A stretch of 64,000 nt of DNA from Armatimonadota bacterium (lineage in GTDB: Bacteria > Armatimonadota > Hebobacteria > CAIYQO01): positions 3,520-67,519 of the forward strand of contig JAKPKV010000166.1 in NCBI GenBank assembly GCA_029553475.1, read 5' to 3'. A model generated the notes under the pieces. That model searched no databases. It saw only the letters and a program-made list of their open reading frames with translations, and was not told the origin of the DNA. Shown here one piece after another: positions 9,479 to 18,885 of the stretch (the stretch's first letter is position 1; the number at the start of each line of letters is the position of its first letter). Both the position numbers and the translations under genes were made by a program.

Positions 9479-10093
9479 CTAATTCCGCCCGCCGCCGCCG
9501 GCATTCCCGCCGGGGCCGCGCCCGCCGCCGCCCTGGAACGTCGGCTGCACGGGCTGCAACTGCGCGGGGAGGGGCTGGCGGGTGAGCTTGCCGTCGGTGA
9601 TCTCCACCGAGAGGATGTCTTTCGACCGCAGCAGGTAGAGGGTGGTATTGACCAGCAGGTAGCCGGGCGCCGGCTCCTGGCGCACGCCGCGCTGGTTGGG
9701 GTCCGCCGTCTCCGCCGGGTCCTTCAGGTTGGCCGTCGCCTCCACCTTCAGCGTGTCCTGGTTGATGCGGGCGAAGATGTCGCCGGTGACGAGGAGCAGG
9801 TCGCCGTCCTTCACCAGCAGAATGGCGGGGGCGTTGCGCTTCGCCACCTCGGCGTAATACTGCTGGAACGCCTCGCGGGCGGCGCCCTGGGCGGGCGGCT
9901 CCGGCAGCGCGCCGTAAATCTGCATCACCTTCTCCACCTTCAGCGTGGCGGGCGCGATGCGCGCCAGCACGCCGGAGCGCAGGGCGAAGATGCCCTTCGG
10001 CGTGTTCACCATCAGCGCGCCGCCGTTCGGCGCCACCTGGGCGAACAGCGCGCCGCCCAGCAGCAGGATCACGAACAGGACGAACGTTTTCAT
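9479..10093 (-). CDS. Exported hypothetical protein, last gene after the T2SS cluster
   Basis: Sec signal MKTFVLFVILLLGGALFA; RBS GAGAGG; co-oriented downstream of gspD. Confidence 0.7.
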   Translation of the reverse strand: MKTFVLFVILLLGGALFAQVAPNGGALMVNTPKGIFALRSGVLARIAPATLKVEKVMQIYGALPEPPAQGAAREAFQQYYAEVAKRNAPAILLVKDGDLLLVTGDIFARINQDTLKVEATANLKDPAETADPNQRGVRQEPAPGYLLVNTTLYLLRSKDILSVEITDGKLTRQPLPAQLQPVQPTFQGGGGRGPGGNAGGGGRN

Positions 10094-10148
10094 CAGGTAC
10101 CTCTCTTTCTCTGATTGCGCGGGTCTTTCTCTGATCGCGCGGGCCCGG

Positions 10149-12503
10149 TTATGGCTTCTCCGCCTCCGCCGCCGGCGCGTTCGGGGGCGCCGGCGCCGCG
10201 GGCGTATCGGACAGCTTGGCGCGCTCCTGCTCGGTAATCGCCGTCACGCTCTCCTCGTCGCGCAGGATATGCGGGGTGAGGAAGACCATCAGCTCGCTCT
10301 GCTGCGCCTTGTTCGCGCGCGACTTGAACAGCCCGCCGAGCAGGGGGAGTTTTGACAGCACCGGCACGCCGGAGTTGACGTTCTCGGTGTTCTGCTTGAT
10401 GATGCCGCCGATGACGATGGTCTGCCCGTCATTCACCATCACCGTCGTCTTCGCCTGGCGGTTGGCGATGATCGGCGCGTTCATTTCCACCTCGCGCCCG
10501 ATCAGCTCGTTGATCGTCTGCTGCACGTCCAGGCTGATCATGTTGCTGTTCTGGCTGATGCGCGGGGTGACGTTCAGCGAGATGGAGACGTTCTTGAACT
10601 CCACCGTCTGGCGCAGGTTGCCGTTGCTCGTCTGCTCTGACGAGGAGACGAAGGGCACGTCCTGCCCGATGCTGATCGTCGCCGGCACGTTATCGGCGGT
10701 GGTGATGCTCGGCGTGGAGTAGACCTTCACGTTGGAGCGCGTGGTGAGCGCGTGCAGCAGCGACTGCAGGTTGGCGCTGATGACGCTGTATTTCATCCCC
10801 AGCTTCTCCTCGGCCAGACTGAAGGCGGTCTTCACGTCGTGCTTCGTCGGGTCATGGTTCACCCCGTGCGGGTCGTTCGCCCAGTTCCACTCCACGCCGA
10901 ACTTCGTCGAGTCATCCAGCGTCACGTCCACGATGGCCACCTGGATGAAGACCTGCGGCGTGCGCCGGTCAAGCTGTTCGATGATGCTCTCCACCATGGA
11001 GAAGGACTGCGGCGGGCCGGTGACGAGCAGCGTATTGGTCTTATCGTCCGCCACCACGGTAATGCGGCGCAGCGAGGCGATGGGATCGCCGCTGTTGGCG
11101 TTGGCGCTGCCCATGACCACATCCCAAAAATTCATGCGCGAGCCGCTGCCGCGGAAGAGCGACATCATCGTCTGCGAGACGGTGGACGCCTTGGCGAACT
11201 TGAGCTGGAAAGTGCGGGTGACGTCGCTGAGCACGTTCGGCGCGTCGAGCTCCTCGATGAGTTTGTCGAACTCGCGCAGGTTCTGCTCGGTGGCGGTGGC
11301 GACCACGGCGTTCGTGCGCACGTCGGCGACGACGACGTTCTGCTTCAGGCCGGCGTATTCGGTGGCGGTCAACTGCCGCTGCTGCGTGGACGTCCACGGG
11401 TTGCGCGACGGAAGGCCCCCCTGCGGCTGCTGGAAGAGCGTGTTCAACTGGCTGGCCACATTGGTGGCGTCGGCATACTGCAGCCGGTAGGTTTTCGTGC
11501 GGACTTCCGGCGTGGTGTTGATGTCCAGCTTGCTGATCAGCCCGATCACCATCTTGATCCGCTCTTTCGAGGCGGAGATGATGATGGCGTTCGTGCGCTC
11601 ATCGGCGGAGAGTTTCAACTCGCCGCGCAGGCTCAGCACGCCGTCGTCCGTCGCCACCCGCGGCTGTCCCGGCTGGTTCGGCTGATTCGGCTGGTTGGGT
11701 TGCCCCGGCCGCGGCTGCACCGTCGGCGTCGCCGCGCCGAAGACCTTTTCCAGCGAGGTGATGAGCACCCTCGCGCTGGCGTACTGGCACAGGTAGACCT
11801 CCACGTCCAGCACGTCGGACGTGTCCTTGTCGAGCAGGCTGATGATCTGCATCAACCGGCGCACGTTGCCTTCGGTATCGGTGACGATGAGCGTATTGCT
11901 GCTGCTCACCGCCAGCAGGTTCGCCTGGTCGTCCGCCACCAGCGGCTTCAATTCCGCCTGCAGCTTGGCCGCGCTGATGTAGGTCACCGGGATCACCTGG
12001 GTGACGATCATGTCGCTGTCGCCCAGCGTCGCCGGATCGGCGCCCATCTGCACCGTCGCCTTGTCGGCGATGGATTTCTTCAACGGCACCACGCGGATGA
12101 GCTTGTCCTTCAGCGTGCCGACCATGGTGTAGCCGCGCACGCGCAGGGCGGCGTTGATCACCTCATAGGCCAGCGGCAGCTTCACCTTGTGCATGCTGGT
12201 GATCGTCACGGTGCCTTTCACGTCGGCGTCCATCACGATGGGGATGCCGCTCGCCATGCTCAAGAAGTTGAGCACGTTGGCGAGATCCGCCTTGGTGAAG
12301 GCGATGGACACCTCCACGGTCTCCGGGTCGGCGGGGATGGGCGGCGCCGCCGGCGCCGGGGCCCCGCCCGGCGCGGCGAACGGCACCTCGATCTGCTCCG
12401 GCGCGTCCCCCGCCGGCGCGGCGCCCTGCCCCCAGGCCACCAGCGCGGAGACCCCCACGAATAGAACTACGATCACCAGCGTGAGCTGCAAACGTTTCAT
12501 CAC
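10149..12503 (-). CDS. gspD: Type II secretion secretin GspD
   Basis: Signal peptide, N0 domain, repeated NolW-like domains (ADERTNAIII, ADVRTNAVV, ADDKTNTLLV), secretin core (QVFIQVAIVDV, GVPVLSKLPLLGGLF, ELMVFLTPHIL). Confidence 0.95.
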   Translation of the reverse strand: MMKRLQLTLVIVVLFVGVSALVAWGQGAAPAGDAPEQIEVPFAAPGGAPAPAAPPIPADPETVEVSIAFTKADLANVLNFLSMASGIPIVMDADVKGTVTITSMHKVKLPLAYEVINAALRVRGYTMVGTLKDKLIRVVPLKKSIADKATVQMGADPATLGDSDMIVTQVIPVTYISAAKLQAELKPLVADDQANLLAVSSSNTLIVTDTEGNVRRLMQIISLLDKDTSDVLDVEVYLCQYASARVLITSLEKVFGAATPTVQPRPGQPNQPNQPNQPGQPRVATDDGVLSLRGELKLSADERTNAIIISASKERIKMVIGLISKLDINTTPEVRTKTYRLQYADATNVASQLNTLFQQPQGGLPSRNPWTSTQQRQLTATEYAGLKQNVVVADVRTNAVVATATEQNLREFDKLIEELDAPNVLSDVTRTFQLKFAKASTVSQTMMSLFRGSGSRMNFWDVVMGSANANSGDPIASLRRITVVADDKTNTLLVTGPPQSFSMVESIIEQLDRRTPQVFIQVAIVDVTLDDSTKFGVEWNWANDPHGVNHDPTKHDVKTAFSLAEEKLGMKYSVISANLQSLLHALTTRSNVKVYSTPSITTADNVPATISIGQDVPFVSSSEQTSNGNLRQTVEFKNVSISLNVTPRISQNSNMISLDVQQTINELIGREVEMNAPIIANRQAKTTVMVNDGQTIVIGGIIKQNTENVNSGVPVLSKLPLLGGLFKSRANKAQQSELMVFLTPHILRDEESVTAITEQERAKLSDTPAAPAPPNAPAAEAEKP

Positions 12504-13258
12504 AGTGTCCCTTCCTGCGCGCCGCGCGCGCGCCCGCGCCCGCGGAAATCACGGGTTGGCTGCCCATTATCTATCGCCGACGGTCGGCCACCCGGCGGCG
12601 GGGCGGTATTCGCCGGCTGCGCCGCCGGCGGGTTGGGCTGGGCCGGCGCGTCAGTCTTCGGCGGCGTGGTGGCTTCTTCCACTTTATTCGCCCCCAGATT
12701 CAGCGTGACAGTGTGGCCGTGCGCCTCCAGCGTCACCACCTCCGGCTGAATGGTTTTCAGCGTGTAACCATAGACCATGCTGCCCACGCGCGCGTATTCG
12801 GCCAGCTTCGTCTCCAGGTTCTCGATCAGCGCGTACGCCTCGTCGCCGATCTCCACGTTGCCGGTATAGGCCAGGGTCGGCCGCGGCGCGGCCGGCGGCG
12901 GGGCGACCGGCGGCGGCGTCACCGGCGTGATCTGGAAGGGCACGTCCGGCACGGGCGGCGGCACGTCGGCTTGGGCGGGGATTATCGGCTTGCTGGCGGC
13001 ACCGCGCGCGCGAAAAAGGTTGCGCTGCACGATGATGCCGTCATCGGCCGTGTCCCCGCCCGCCGTCTCCGGGGCGGCGGGCGTCGTCGCCCGCGGGCGC
13101 CCGGCGCGCTCTGCCGCGAAATCCTCGCCGGCGGAGCCGGAGAGGATCCTCACCACGGCGAAGATGACGCCCCCCGACAGCGCGAGCACGACGAGGATGG
13201 CGATGAGCGCCATGCGCGGCGAGACGTCCCGTGAGGTCATGGATGCAGCGGTGCTCAT
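12500..13258 (-). CDS. GspC/PilP-like T2SS component
   Basis: N-terminal TM helix, RNLF, Pro-rich linker, HR-like domain (LAYTGNV...ALIEN...GYTLKTI); position before gspD; overlapping start/stop junctions. Confidence 0.65.
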   Translation of the reverse strand: MSTAASMTSRDVSPRMALIAILVVLALSGGVIFAVVRILSGSAGEDFAAERAGRPRATTPAAPETAGGDTADDGIIVQRNLFRARGAASKPIIPAQADVPPPVPDVPFQITPVTPPPVAPPPAAPRPTLAYTGNVEIGDEAYALIENLETKLAEYARVGSMVYGYTLKTIQPEVVTLEAHGHTVTLNLGANKVEEATTPPKTDAPAQPNPPAAQPANTAPPPGGRPSAIDNGQPTRDFRGRGRARGAQEGTL

Positions 13259-13809
13259 GGCTTCCCTCCCGACGTGCGGCCATCCGCCATCACGTAGCTG
13301 GACAGCGTCAATTCCACGCGCAGCGGATCGCCCGGTTGCTCGCCTGGGCGTATCGTCACCTGGTCCACCGCCAGCAGCGGCGTCGCCTCCCGCGCGCGCC
13401 GCAGCAGCGTCGTCAGCGCGGAGAGCGTGGCGGTCACTTTCAGGCGCAGCGGGAAGCGCGTCACGCCCGCGCGCGTCACCGGCGGCGCGGGCTGCATCGT
13501 CGCCACCGCGGCGCCGCAGGATTCCGCCAGCGCCCCCACCTGGGTCATCGTCGCCGGCAGGTGCTCGCTCCACGACCAGGTTTGGGCGCGCGCGGGGATG
13601 CGCGCGACGAGCGCCTCGCGTCCCTCCAGCGCCGCCGCGCGCTGCCGCGCGTCGCGCGTCGCGCGGGCGATCGCGTCGCGCGCCGTCGCGTCGGCGCGGG
13701 CGATATCCCCCGCGGCCCAGTACTGGTATCCCAGCAGCGCCGCCAGCGCGAGCACCAGCACGACCGCGGTGCCCACCATCCGGCGCATGCGCGTCAGTGC
13801 TGTCGTCAT
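13255..13809 (-). CDS. GspM/PilO-like inner-membrane platform protein
   Basis: TM helix, coiled coil, ferredoxin-like C-terminal domain; operon position. Confidence 0.7.
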   Translation of the reverse strand: MTTALTRMRRMVGTAVVLVLALAALLGYQYWAAGDIARADATARDAIARATRDARQRAAALEGREALVARIPARAQTWSWSEHLPATMTQVGALAESCGAAVATMQPAPPVTRAGVTRFPLRLKVTATLSALTTLLRRAREATPLLAVDQVTIRPGEQPGDPLRVELTLSSYVMADGRTSGGKP

Positions 13810-15215
13810 CGGCGTCCCTCCGCCACCCGGCCTGGCGCGCGCGTCACCGTCGGGTCCTCGGCGACCGCCAGCAGGCAGGTCAGTTGAAAGGTATATCCCT
13901 TGCCGTCGCTGTCGGCCGTGGTGGCGTCGAGCATGGCGCGCGTGACGCCGCTCACCGCGCCCAGCGCGCGCACCGCGTCGGCAACGGTGGCGGACGTATC
14001 GGCATGCCCTTTCAGCGTCAGCACGCCCTTGCCGCGGTCATAGGAGAAGTCGGAGAGCGTCACCGGTTCCGGCAAGGTCGCGCTCAGCGCGCGCAGCAGC
14101 TCCAGCGGACGGCTCGCGGGCGCGGCCAGCGCCTCGGTGACCTGTTGCGCGGCGAGCAGCCCGCCGCCCGGCGATGGGGGCACCGCGCGCTGCGCCGCCA
14201 GCGCCTCCGCTTCCACGCGCCGCAGCGCCGCGCGTGACGCCGCCAGCCGCTGGTGCCCCTGATAGGCGAAGGTCGCCAGCACGACGGCGATGAGCAGCAG
14301 CGCGGCCAGCGCCCACGCCAGCCGCGCCCGCTCGGCGCGCGTCCGCGTCACCCGCGCCGGCAGCAGGTTCAATCCTGCCGCCCCCCGCGCCGCCAACGCC
14401 AGGCCGATGGCCGTCGTGAAGGCGCCGGGCGGATCAGGCAGCTCCTGTTGAAAGCCGTGCGGGTCGCGCACGGCCTGCCAGGGGGTGGCGCGATGCACCG
14501 GGATGCCGAGGGCGTCAGTCAACGCCTCCGCGCCGGCCTCCGCTCCGGCCAGCAGCGCCTGTGCCGGCCCCGCGGCGCCCGTCAGCCAGGGACGCGCTTC
14601 ACGGGCGATGCGCGCCGCCCAGCCGTCGGTCGCCGGCGCGCCGGCGAGCACGCTGCGGCAGTTCAGCAGGCGGTCGCCGTCATACAGGCAGAGGTCGCTC
14701 CACTTCGCCCCCGCCATCACCAGCAGGTGCGGCCCGTCCGGGTGGCGCACCGCCCCGGCGGCGGCCAGCGGCGCCGGCAGCAGCAGGGCGCAGGCGCGCC
14801 CGGATTCCCGCGCCAGCAGCAGCCGCTCCTCCACCGCCGTGCCGCGCGCGCCGGCGATGACGGCGTGCGGACGCCCGTCCGGCCCCGGCGTCAGCGCGTA
14901 ATGCCACGCCATCTCCGGCAGCGGCAGGGGAAACTGCGTTTCCGCCTCAAAGCGCACCACCCGCGCCAGCTCGGCCGGCGCCGCCGGCGGCAGGCTGGCG
15001 GTTTTCACCGCGCAATCTGACCCCGGCAGGCTCATGGCGAGGCGCGCGGCGCCCACCCGCGTCTCGCGGAAAAAGCCGGCCAACACCTCGCGCGCGGATG
15101 CGCCCTCCAGCGGCAGATACGCCGCCAGCGTCACCGCGCCGTCGCGCCGCACTTCCACGATGCGTATCGCATCGTCGCCGATATCCACGCCCAGCGTGCC
15201 GTTGCGTCCCACCAT
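13806..15215 (-). CDS. GspL-like PilM-PilN fusion
   Basis: LGVDIG actin-like start, EAETQFPLP, LNLLP motif, TM helix and PilN-like domain. Confidence 0.8.
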   Translation of the reverse strand: MVGRNGTLGVDIGDDAIRIVEVRRDGAVTLAAYLPLEGASAREVLAGFFRETRVGAARLAMSLPGSDCAVKTASLPPAAPAELARVVRFEAETQFPLPLPEMAWHYALTPGPDGRPHAVIAGARGTAVEERLLLARESGRACALLLPAPLAAAGAVRHPDGPHLLVMAGAKWSDLCLYDGDRLLNCRSVLAGAPATDGWAARIAREARPWLTGAAGPAQALLAGAEAGAEALTDALGIPVHRATPWQAVRDPHGFQQELPDPPGAFTTAIGLALAARGAAGLNLLPARVTRTRAERARLAWALAALLLIAVVLATFAYQGHQRLAASRAALRRVEAEALAAQRAVPPSPGGGLLAAQQVTEALAAPASRPLELLRALSATLPEPVTLSDFSYDRGKGVLTLKGHADTSATVADAVRALGAVSGVTRAMLDATTADSDGKGYTFQLTCLLAVAEDPTVTRAPGRVAEGRR

Positions 15216-15262
15216 ACACGTCCTCGATCCTGACTGTTGTCGGGGGGCACCTCTCCCCCCGG

Positions 15263-15413
15263 CCCCATACGCGTCATCATCGCGCGTCAGCGCTCTTTTC
15301 GTACTCGTGCTCGTGCTCGAAATCAAATACGTGCGGACAGGATGTCCGCGCTCCTCATGAGTACGAGTACGACTACGAAGGATACGCGAACCCTATCGTG
15401 ACGCATATGCCCC
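15263..15413 (-). repeat. Dispersed intergenic repeat with GAGTAC/GAGCAC hexamer array, copy 2
   Basis: Reverse complement aligns with 8141-8324, with different hexamer counts. Confidence 0.9.
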
Positions 15414-15527
15414 CCAACTCCCTCCCCTGAGCGGGGAGGGGGAGGGAGCGGAAATATGATTCCGGTATAAATTTTCTACCCAGGTGCTCCCCCTCCCCAT
15501 TCAGCGAGGGGGTTGGGGGGAGAGGTG
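15410..15527. repeat. C/G-rich REP-like imperfect inverted repeat
   Basis: CCCCCAACTCCCTCCCC...GAGGGGGTTGGGGGAGAGG, same family as 20122-20253 and 41815-41925. Confidence 0.65.
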
Positions 15528-15534
15528 AAGCTCG

Positions 15535-16698
15535 TCACGACTCCCGCCAATACATTGTCCGCGTCGTCCAGTCGCTCCCGTTCTGCTCCAGGCCCAGCAC
15601 GCAGGTCACCGTCGCCTGCACCCCGTCGGCGTCCTGGCCGGTGGAGCGCACGGTGAAGACGCGGGAGCGCGTGGTGAGCAGCTCCGCCACCTGGCGGAAG
15701 CGCTCGACGCTCATCCCTTCATCGTCCAGCAGCTCGCCCAGGCTCGCATACGGCCCGGTCGTCTCCCGCCGCTGCACGATGGCGTCGGCGGCGGCCTCGT
15801 CCATGTCGGGCAGGGCCATCAGCACCGCTTTCGGCGCGGTATTGATGTTCACCAGCCCTTTCCGGACGCGGTCCGTCGTGGTCGTCACCCGGTCGTAGAT
15901 CGCCGCCACCTTCTCGCGCGACAGGCCGTCCATCTGCAGCAGGTCCGCCGGGCTGCGGAAGGCCGCCGCGCCGCGCTGCGCGATGATGGCGTCAATCTCC
16001 TCTTCCGTCAGCTCTTCGCTGAACGCCTCGGTCAACTCCTCTTTGGAGGCGGTGAAAAGGTTCACCCGCGGCTGGCCGGCCGCGTCGGTGTTCGTGTCCG
16101 ACGACGAGACGGTGAGCAAATCCTCCAGCGTCCGCCCGTCCGCCGTCACCCGCGTGGCGAGCAGCTCGCGAGTGATGCCCTTCACCAGCAGCAGCTCGCG
16201 CACGGTGACGAACGGCGCGTTCCGGCACCGGTACGGCGGCGTCAGCGTCTGGTAGTAATCTGATTCCGCGCCCTGCTCGCCGGGCGTGTCGTCCTCGTCG
16301 CGCCAATCCAGCACGGCGTCCACCACCTCCGCCGGCAGCAGCATGGCCAGCGTCTCCGCCGAGGCGGTGTTCAGGTTGATCTTGCCGGCCTCGTCGTCCA
16401 CCAGCGTCCGGTAGACCGTCATCCCCGCCGCCGCGCCGTCCGCCTCCGCCGGCTCCAGCAACAGGCGGCCGGCCTGCAGCGCGGTATACGGCTGTGCCAT
16501 CTCGCTGATGAGCGCCGCTTCCGCCCGCGCCAGGCCGGCGCGCGCCGCCCAGCGCGCGCGCGTCAACTGCGCGAAATTTCCCGCCGCCTGCGTGTCGCTA
16601 TGCACGGCGGCGGCGAAGCCCGCCACCAGGATGACCAGCACCGCCAGCATCCAGAGCGCCGTGATGAGCGCGATGCCCCGGCGGTTACGGCGTCGCAT
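15535..16698 (-). CDS. gspK: Type II secretion minor pseudopilin GspK
   Basis: RRGIALITALW, DEAGKINLN, AVLDWRD, ELLLVKG, helix-hairpin-helix repeats (VNINTA). Confidence 0.9.
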   Translation of the reverse strand: MRRRNRRGIALITALWMLAVLVILVAGFAAAVHSDTQAAGNFAQLTRARWAARAGLARAEAALISEMAQPYTALQAGRLLLEPAEADGAAAGMTVYRTLVDDEAGKINLNTASAETLAMLLPAEVVDAVLDWRDEDDTPGEQGAESDYYQTLTPPYRCRNAPFVTVRELLLVKGITRELLATRVTADGRTLEDLLTVSSSDTNTDAAGQPRVNLFTASKEELTEAFSEELTEEEIDAIIAQRGAAAFRSPADLLQMDGLSREKVAAIYDRVTTTTDRVRKGLVNINTAPKAVLMALPDMDEAAADAIVQRRETTGPYASLGELLDDEGMSVERFRQVAELLTTRSRVFTVRSTGQDADGVQATVTCVLGLEQNGSDWTTRTMYWRES

Positions 16699-17368
16699 CG
16701 GCACCCTCCTCACCGGCCGTCTCCGCGGTGGCCATGGCGAGATTCGCGGTGGCGGAGAGCACCACCGGCGCGGCGCCGTCCGTATCCGACCGCAGCGTCA
16801 GCTCCACCCGCGCCGCCCGCGGCAGCGTGGCGCCGTCCGGCCATTCCATCAGCCAGTCGCCGTCCGCCGGCAGGTAGCGCACGTTGAAGCCGATCACCCG
16901 CGCGGAGAGCCGCCGCGTCTCCGGCTCCGCCTCCGTCTCCGTCTCCTCGGCTTCCAGGCCGGGCGTGCGGTGCACCTGCACGTACAAGCCCGGCTCCTCG
17001 CCCGCCGCCGCGTCCGCCATGCGGTAGCGCACCTGCTGGAGGTCGCCCGCCGGCGCCTCACCGTCCAGCGCATGCGCGGTGGTGAGGAAGGTCACCTGGT
17101 CGGTCTCATACTCGGCATCCGCCCCGACATTGTCCTCGCCCACGAAACCGGTCGTCTCGCCCGGCTGCGGATAGGCGCTCGCCAGCTCCGCGGTCAGTTG
17201 CGCCAGCAGCACGCGGCCCGTCTGATACACCGCCTGATGCGCCTCCGCCCGCGCCATCGCCGTGGCGGCGGCGCCATAGACGCCATACACGGCGCTGATG
17301 AAGATGAGAAAAATGCCCATCGCCACCAGCATCTCGATCAGCGTGAAGCCGGAATGGCGTCGTGTCAT
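16685..17368 (-). CDS. gspJ: Type II secretion minor pseudopilin GspJ
   Basis: SGFTLIEMLVA prepilin motif; W...LPRAARVEL C-terminus; operon order. Confidence 0.8.
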   Translation of the reverse strand: MTRRHSGFTLIEMLVAMGIFLIFISAVYGVYGAAATAMARAEAHQAVYQTGRVLLAQLTAELASAYPQPGETTGFVGEDNVGADAEYETDQVTFLTTAHALDGEAPAGDLQQVRYRMADAAAGEEPGLYVQVHRTPGLEAEETETEAEPETRRLSARVIGFNVRYLPADGDWLMEWPDGATLPRAARVELTLRSDTDGAAPVVLSATANLAMATAETAGEEGADATP

Positions 17369-17889
17369 CCGCCCGGCCTCCCCGGCGCGGCGGGGTTTTC
17401 GCCCGCGCCGCCCGCACTGCCCGCGCCGTCATCCGGCGCCGGGCCTTCTCCCCCCCGCTCTTCCTCCGCGACCGGCGGGGCTGGCAGCGGCCGCGGGCGC
17501 AGCGCGGTCTCCAGCGTGTAGCGCCGCAGGCCATGTTCCCAACTCACGGTGACGCGCAGGGGATACAGGCCCTCATCGTCCGCGCTGGCCACCTGCGCCT
17601 CCCAGGCATACCCGGACGCCAGCTCGTCGAAGGCGCCGTGCTCGGCGCCGGGCTCCAGCATCTCCTGCCGCGCATATTCCGCCGCCACCTGCTCCGCCAG
17701 CAGCGCCGCGCGCGAATAGGCCGCGGCGGCCTCGCTGCCGCGCAGGCACGCCGCGGCCGCGCCCACCACGCCGACGATGCCCACCGCCAGCACCGTCATC
17801 GCGACGATGACTTCCAGCAGGGTTAAACCCCGTCGGCGGCGATATGCGGCTGTGCGGCAATCGTTCTTCACACGTGCCCCTGTTCTCAC
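17365..17889 (-). CDS. gspI: Type II secretion minor pseudopilin GspI
   Basis: RGLTLLEVIVA prepilin motif; VTVSW; operon order (start codon uncertain). Confidence 0.78.
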   Translation of the reverse strand: MRTGARVKNDCRTAAYRRRRGLTLLEVIVAMTVLAVGIVGVVGAAAACLRGSEAAAAYSRAALLAEQVAAEYARQEMLEPGAEHGAFDELASGYAWEAQVASADDEGLYPLRVTVSWEHGLRRYTLETALRPRPLPAPPVAEEERGGEGPAPDDGAGSAGGAGENPAAPGRPGG

Positions 17890-17895
17890 TGATGG

Positions 17896-18432
17896 CTACT
17901 CATCCGCCCGGACGACCTCGCACTGCCCGGTGAGGCCGTCCACCACGATGACGCGGGCGCGGCCGCGCGCGTCGCGAAGGGTGATGCGCACGTCCTCGCC
18001 GCGGCCCAGCGCGGTGAAGGTGACGCCGGGGTCGTGCTCGGCGTCCTCCGCCGTCGCTGGATCCGTCACCTCCGCCACCTCGACCCCCGCCGGCAGCGGC
18101 CGCGAACGGCCCGCGGGGGTGGTGAGGGGGCGCCAGCTCTCCGCGCCGTCCTCATCCACCTCGCGGATGTACACCCCCACGCCGCCCGCTGCATCGCCCA
18201 GGTGCACGGCGGCATCGGTGCGGTGCGCCACCGCGTAATCGCGCGCGCAGCGCAGCGCCGCCAGCACCATGCGCGCGCCGCCGCCCAGCCGCGCGTCTTC
18301 CAACGCCGGCCCCAGCGACACCGCCACCACGCCGGTGAAGAGCACCATGATGACCAGCGTCACCATCAGCTCAAAGAGCGTGAAGCCGCGCGGCGCGCGT
18401 CCATCACTCCCAGTTGAGGATATCCGCGTCAT
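17896..18432 (-). CDS. gspH: Type II secretion minor pseudopilin GspH
   Basis: RGFTLFELMV prepilin motif; ARDYAV, VTFTALG; follows gspG (start codon uncertain). Confidence 0.78.
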   Translation of the reverse strand: MTRISSTGSDGRAPRGFTLFELMVTLVIMVLFTGVVAVSLGPALEDARLGGGARMVLAALRCARDYAVAHRTDAAVHLGDAAGGVGVYIREVDEDGAESWRPLTTPAGRSRPLPAGVEVAEVTDPATAEDAEHDPGVTFTALGRGEDVRITLRDARGRARVIVVDGLTGQCEVVRADE

Positions 18433-18835
18433 TCCCGTCGCCGCCCTCCTGCCCGTCTTTGCCCAGGCTGAACAGGTCATAGGCATCCGGATTATGCTCG
18501 CCCGGCGTCTGGTAGAGATAGGCGCGGCCCCACGGGTCGGCGGGGATCGCCTTCTTCACATACGGGCCGTTCCAGTTCGGGGTCTCCTCGCCGGAGGGCT
18601 TCACCCGCAGCGCGTCCAGCGAGGGCGGGTAGGTCTGGTTGTCGAGCTTATACAGATCAATCGCCGTCTCGAAGCTGGCGATGTCCGCCTTCGCCCGCGC
18701 GTGCTTGGCGTCTTCGGTGCGCTTCATCACCAGCGCCGTCACCGTGCCGGCCAGCAGCACGAGAATGAACATCACCACCAGCAGCTCGAGCAGCGTGAAG
18801 CCGCGCCGCGCGCGACGCATCCTGTTCACTGTCAT
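18404..18835 (-). CDS. gspG: Type II secretion major pseudopilin GspG
   Basis: GFTLLELLVV, AIDLYKLDN, WNGPY, DPWGRAYLY, SLGKDGQEGG. Confidence 0.96.
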   Translation of the reverse strand: MTVNRMRRARRGFTLLELLVVMFILVLLAGTVTALVMKRTEDAKHARAKADIASFETAIDLYKLDNQTYPPSLDALRVKPSGEETPNWNGPYVKKAIPADPWGRAYLYQTPGEHNPDAYDLFSLGKDGQEGGDGNDADILNWE

Positions 18836-18885
18836 ATTCCCCTTCTTTCGCGTATCCCGCCCCCGGCGTGCGCCGGGGCCCTCAT

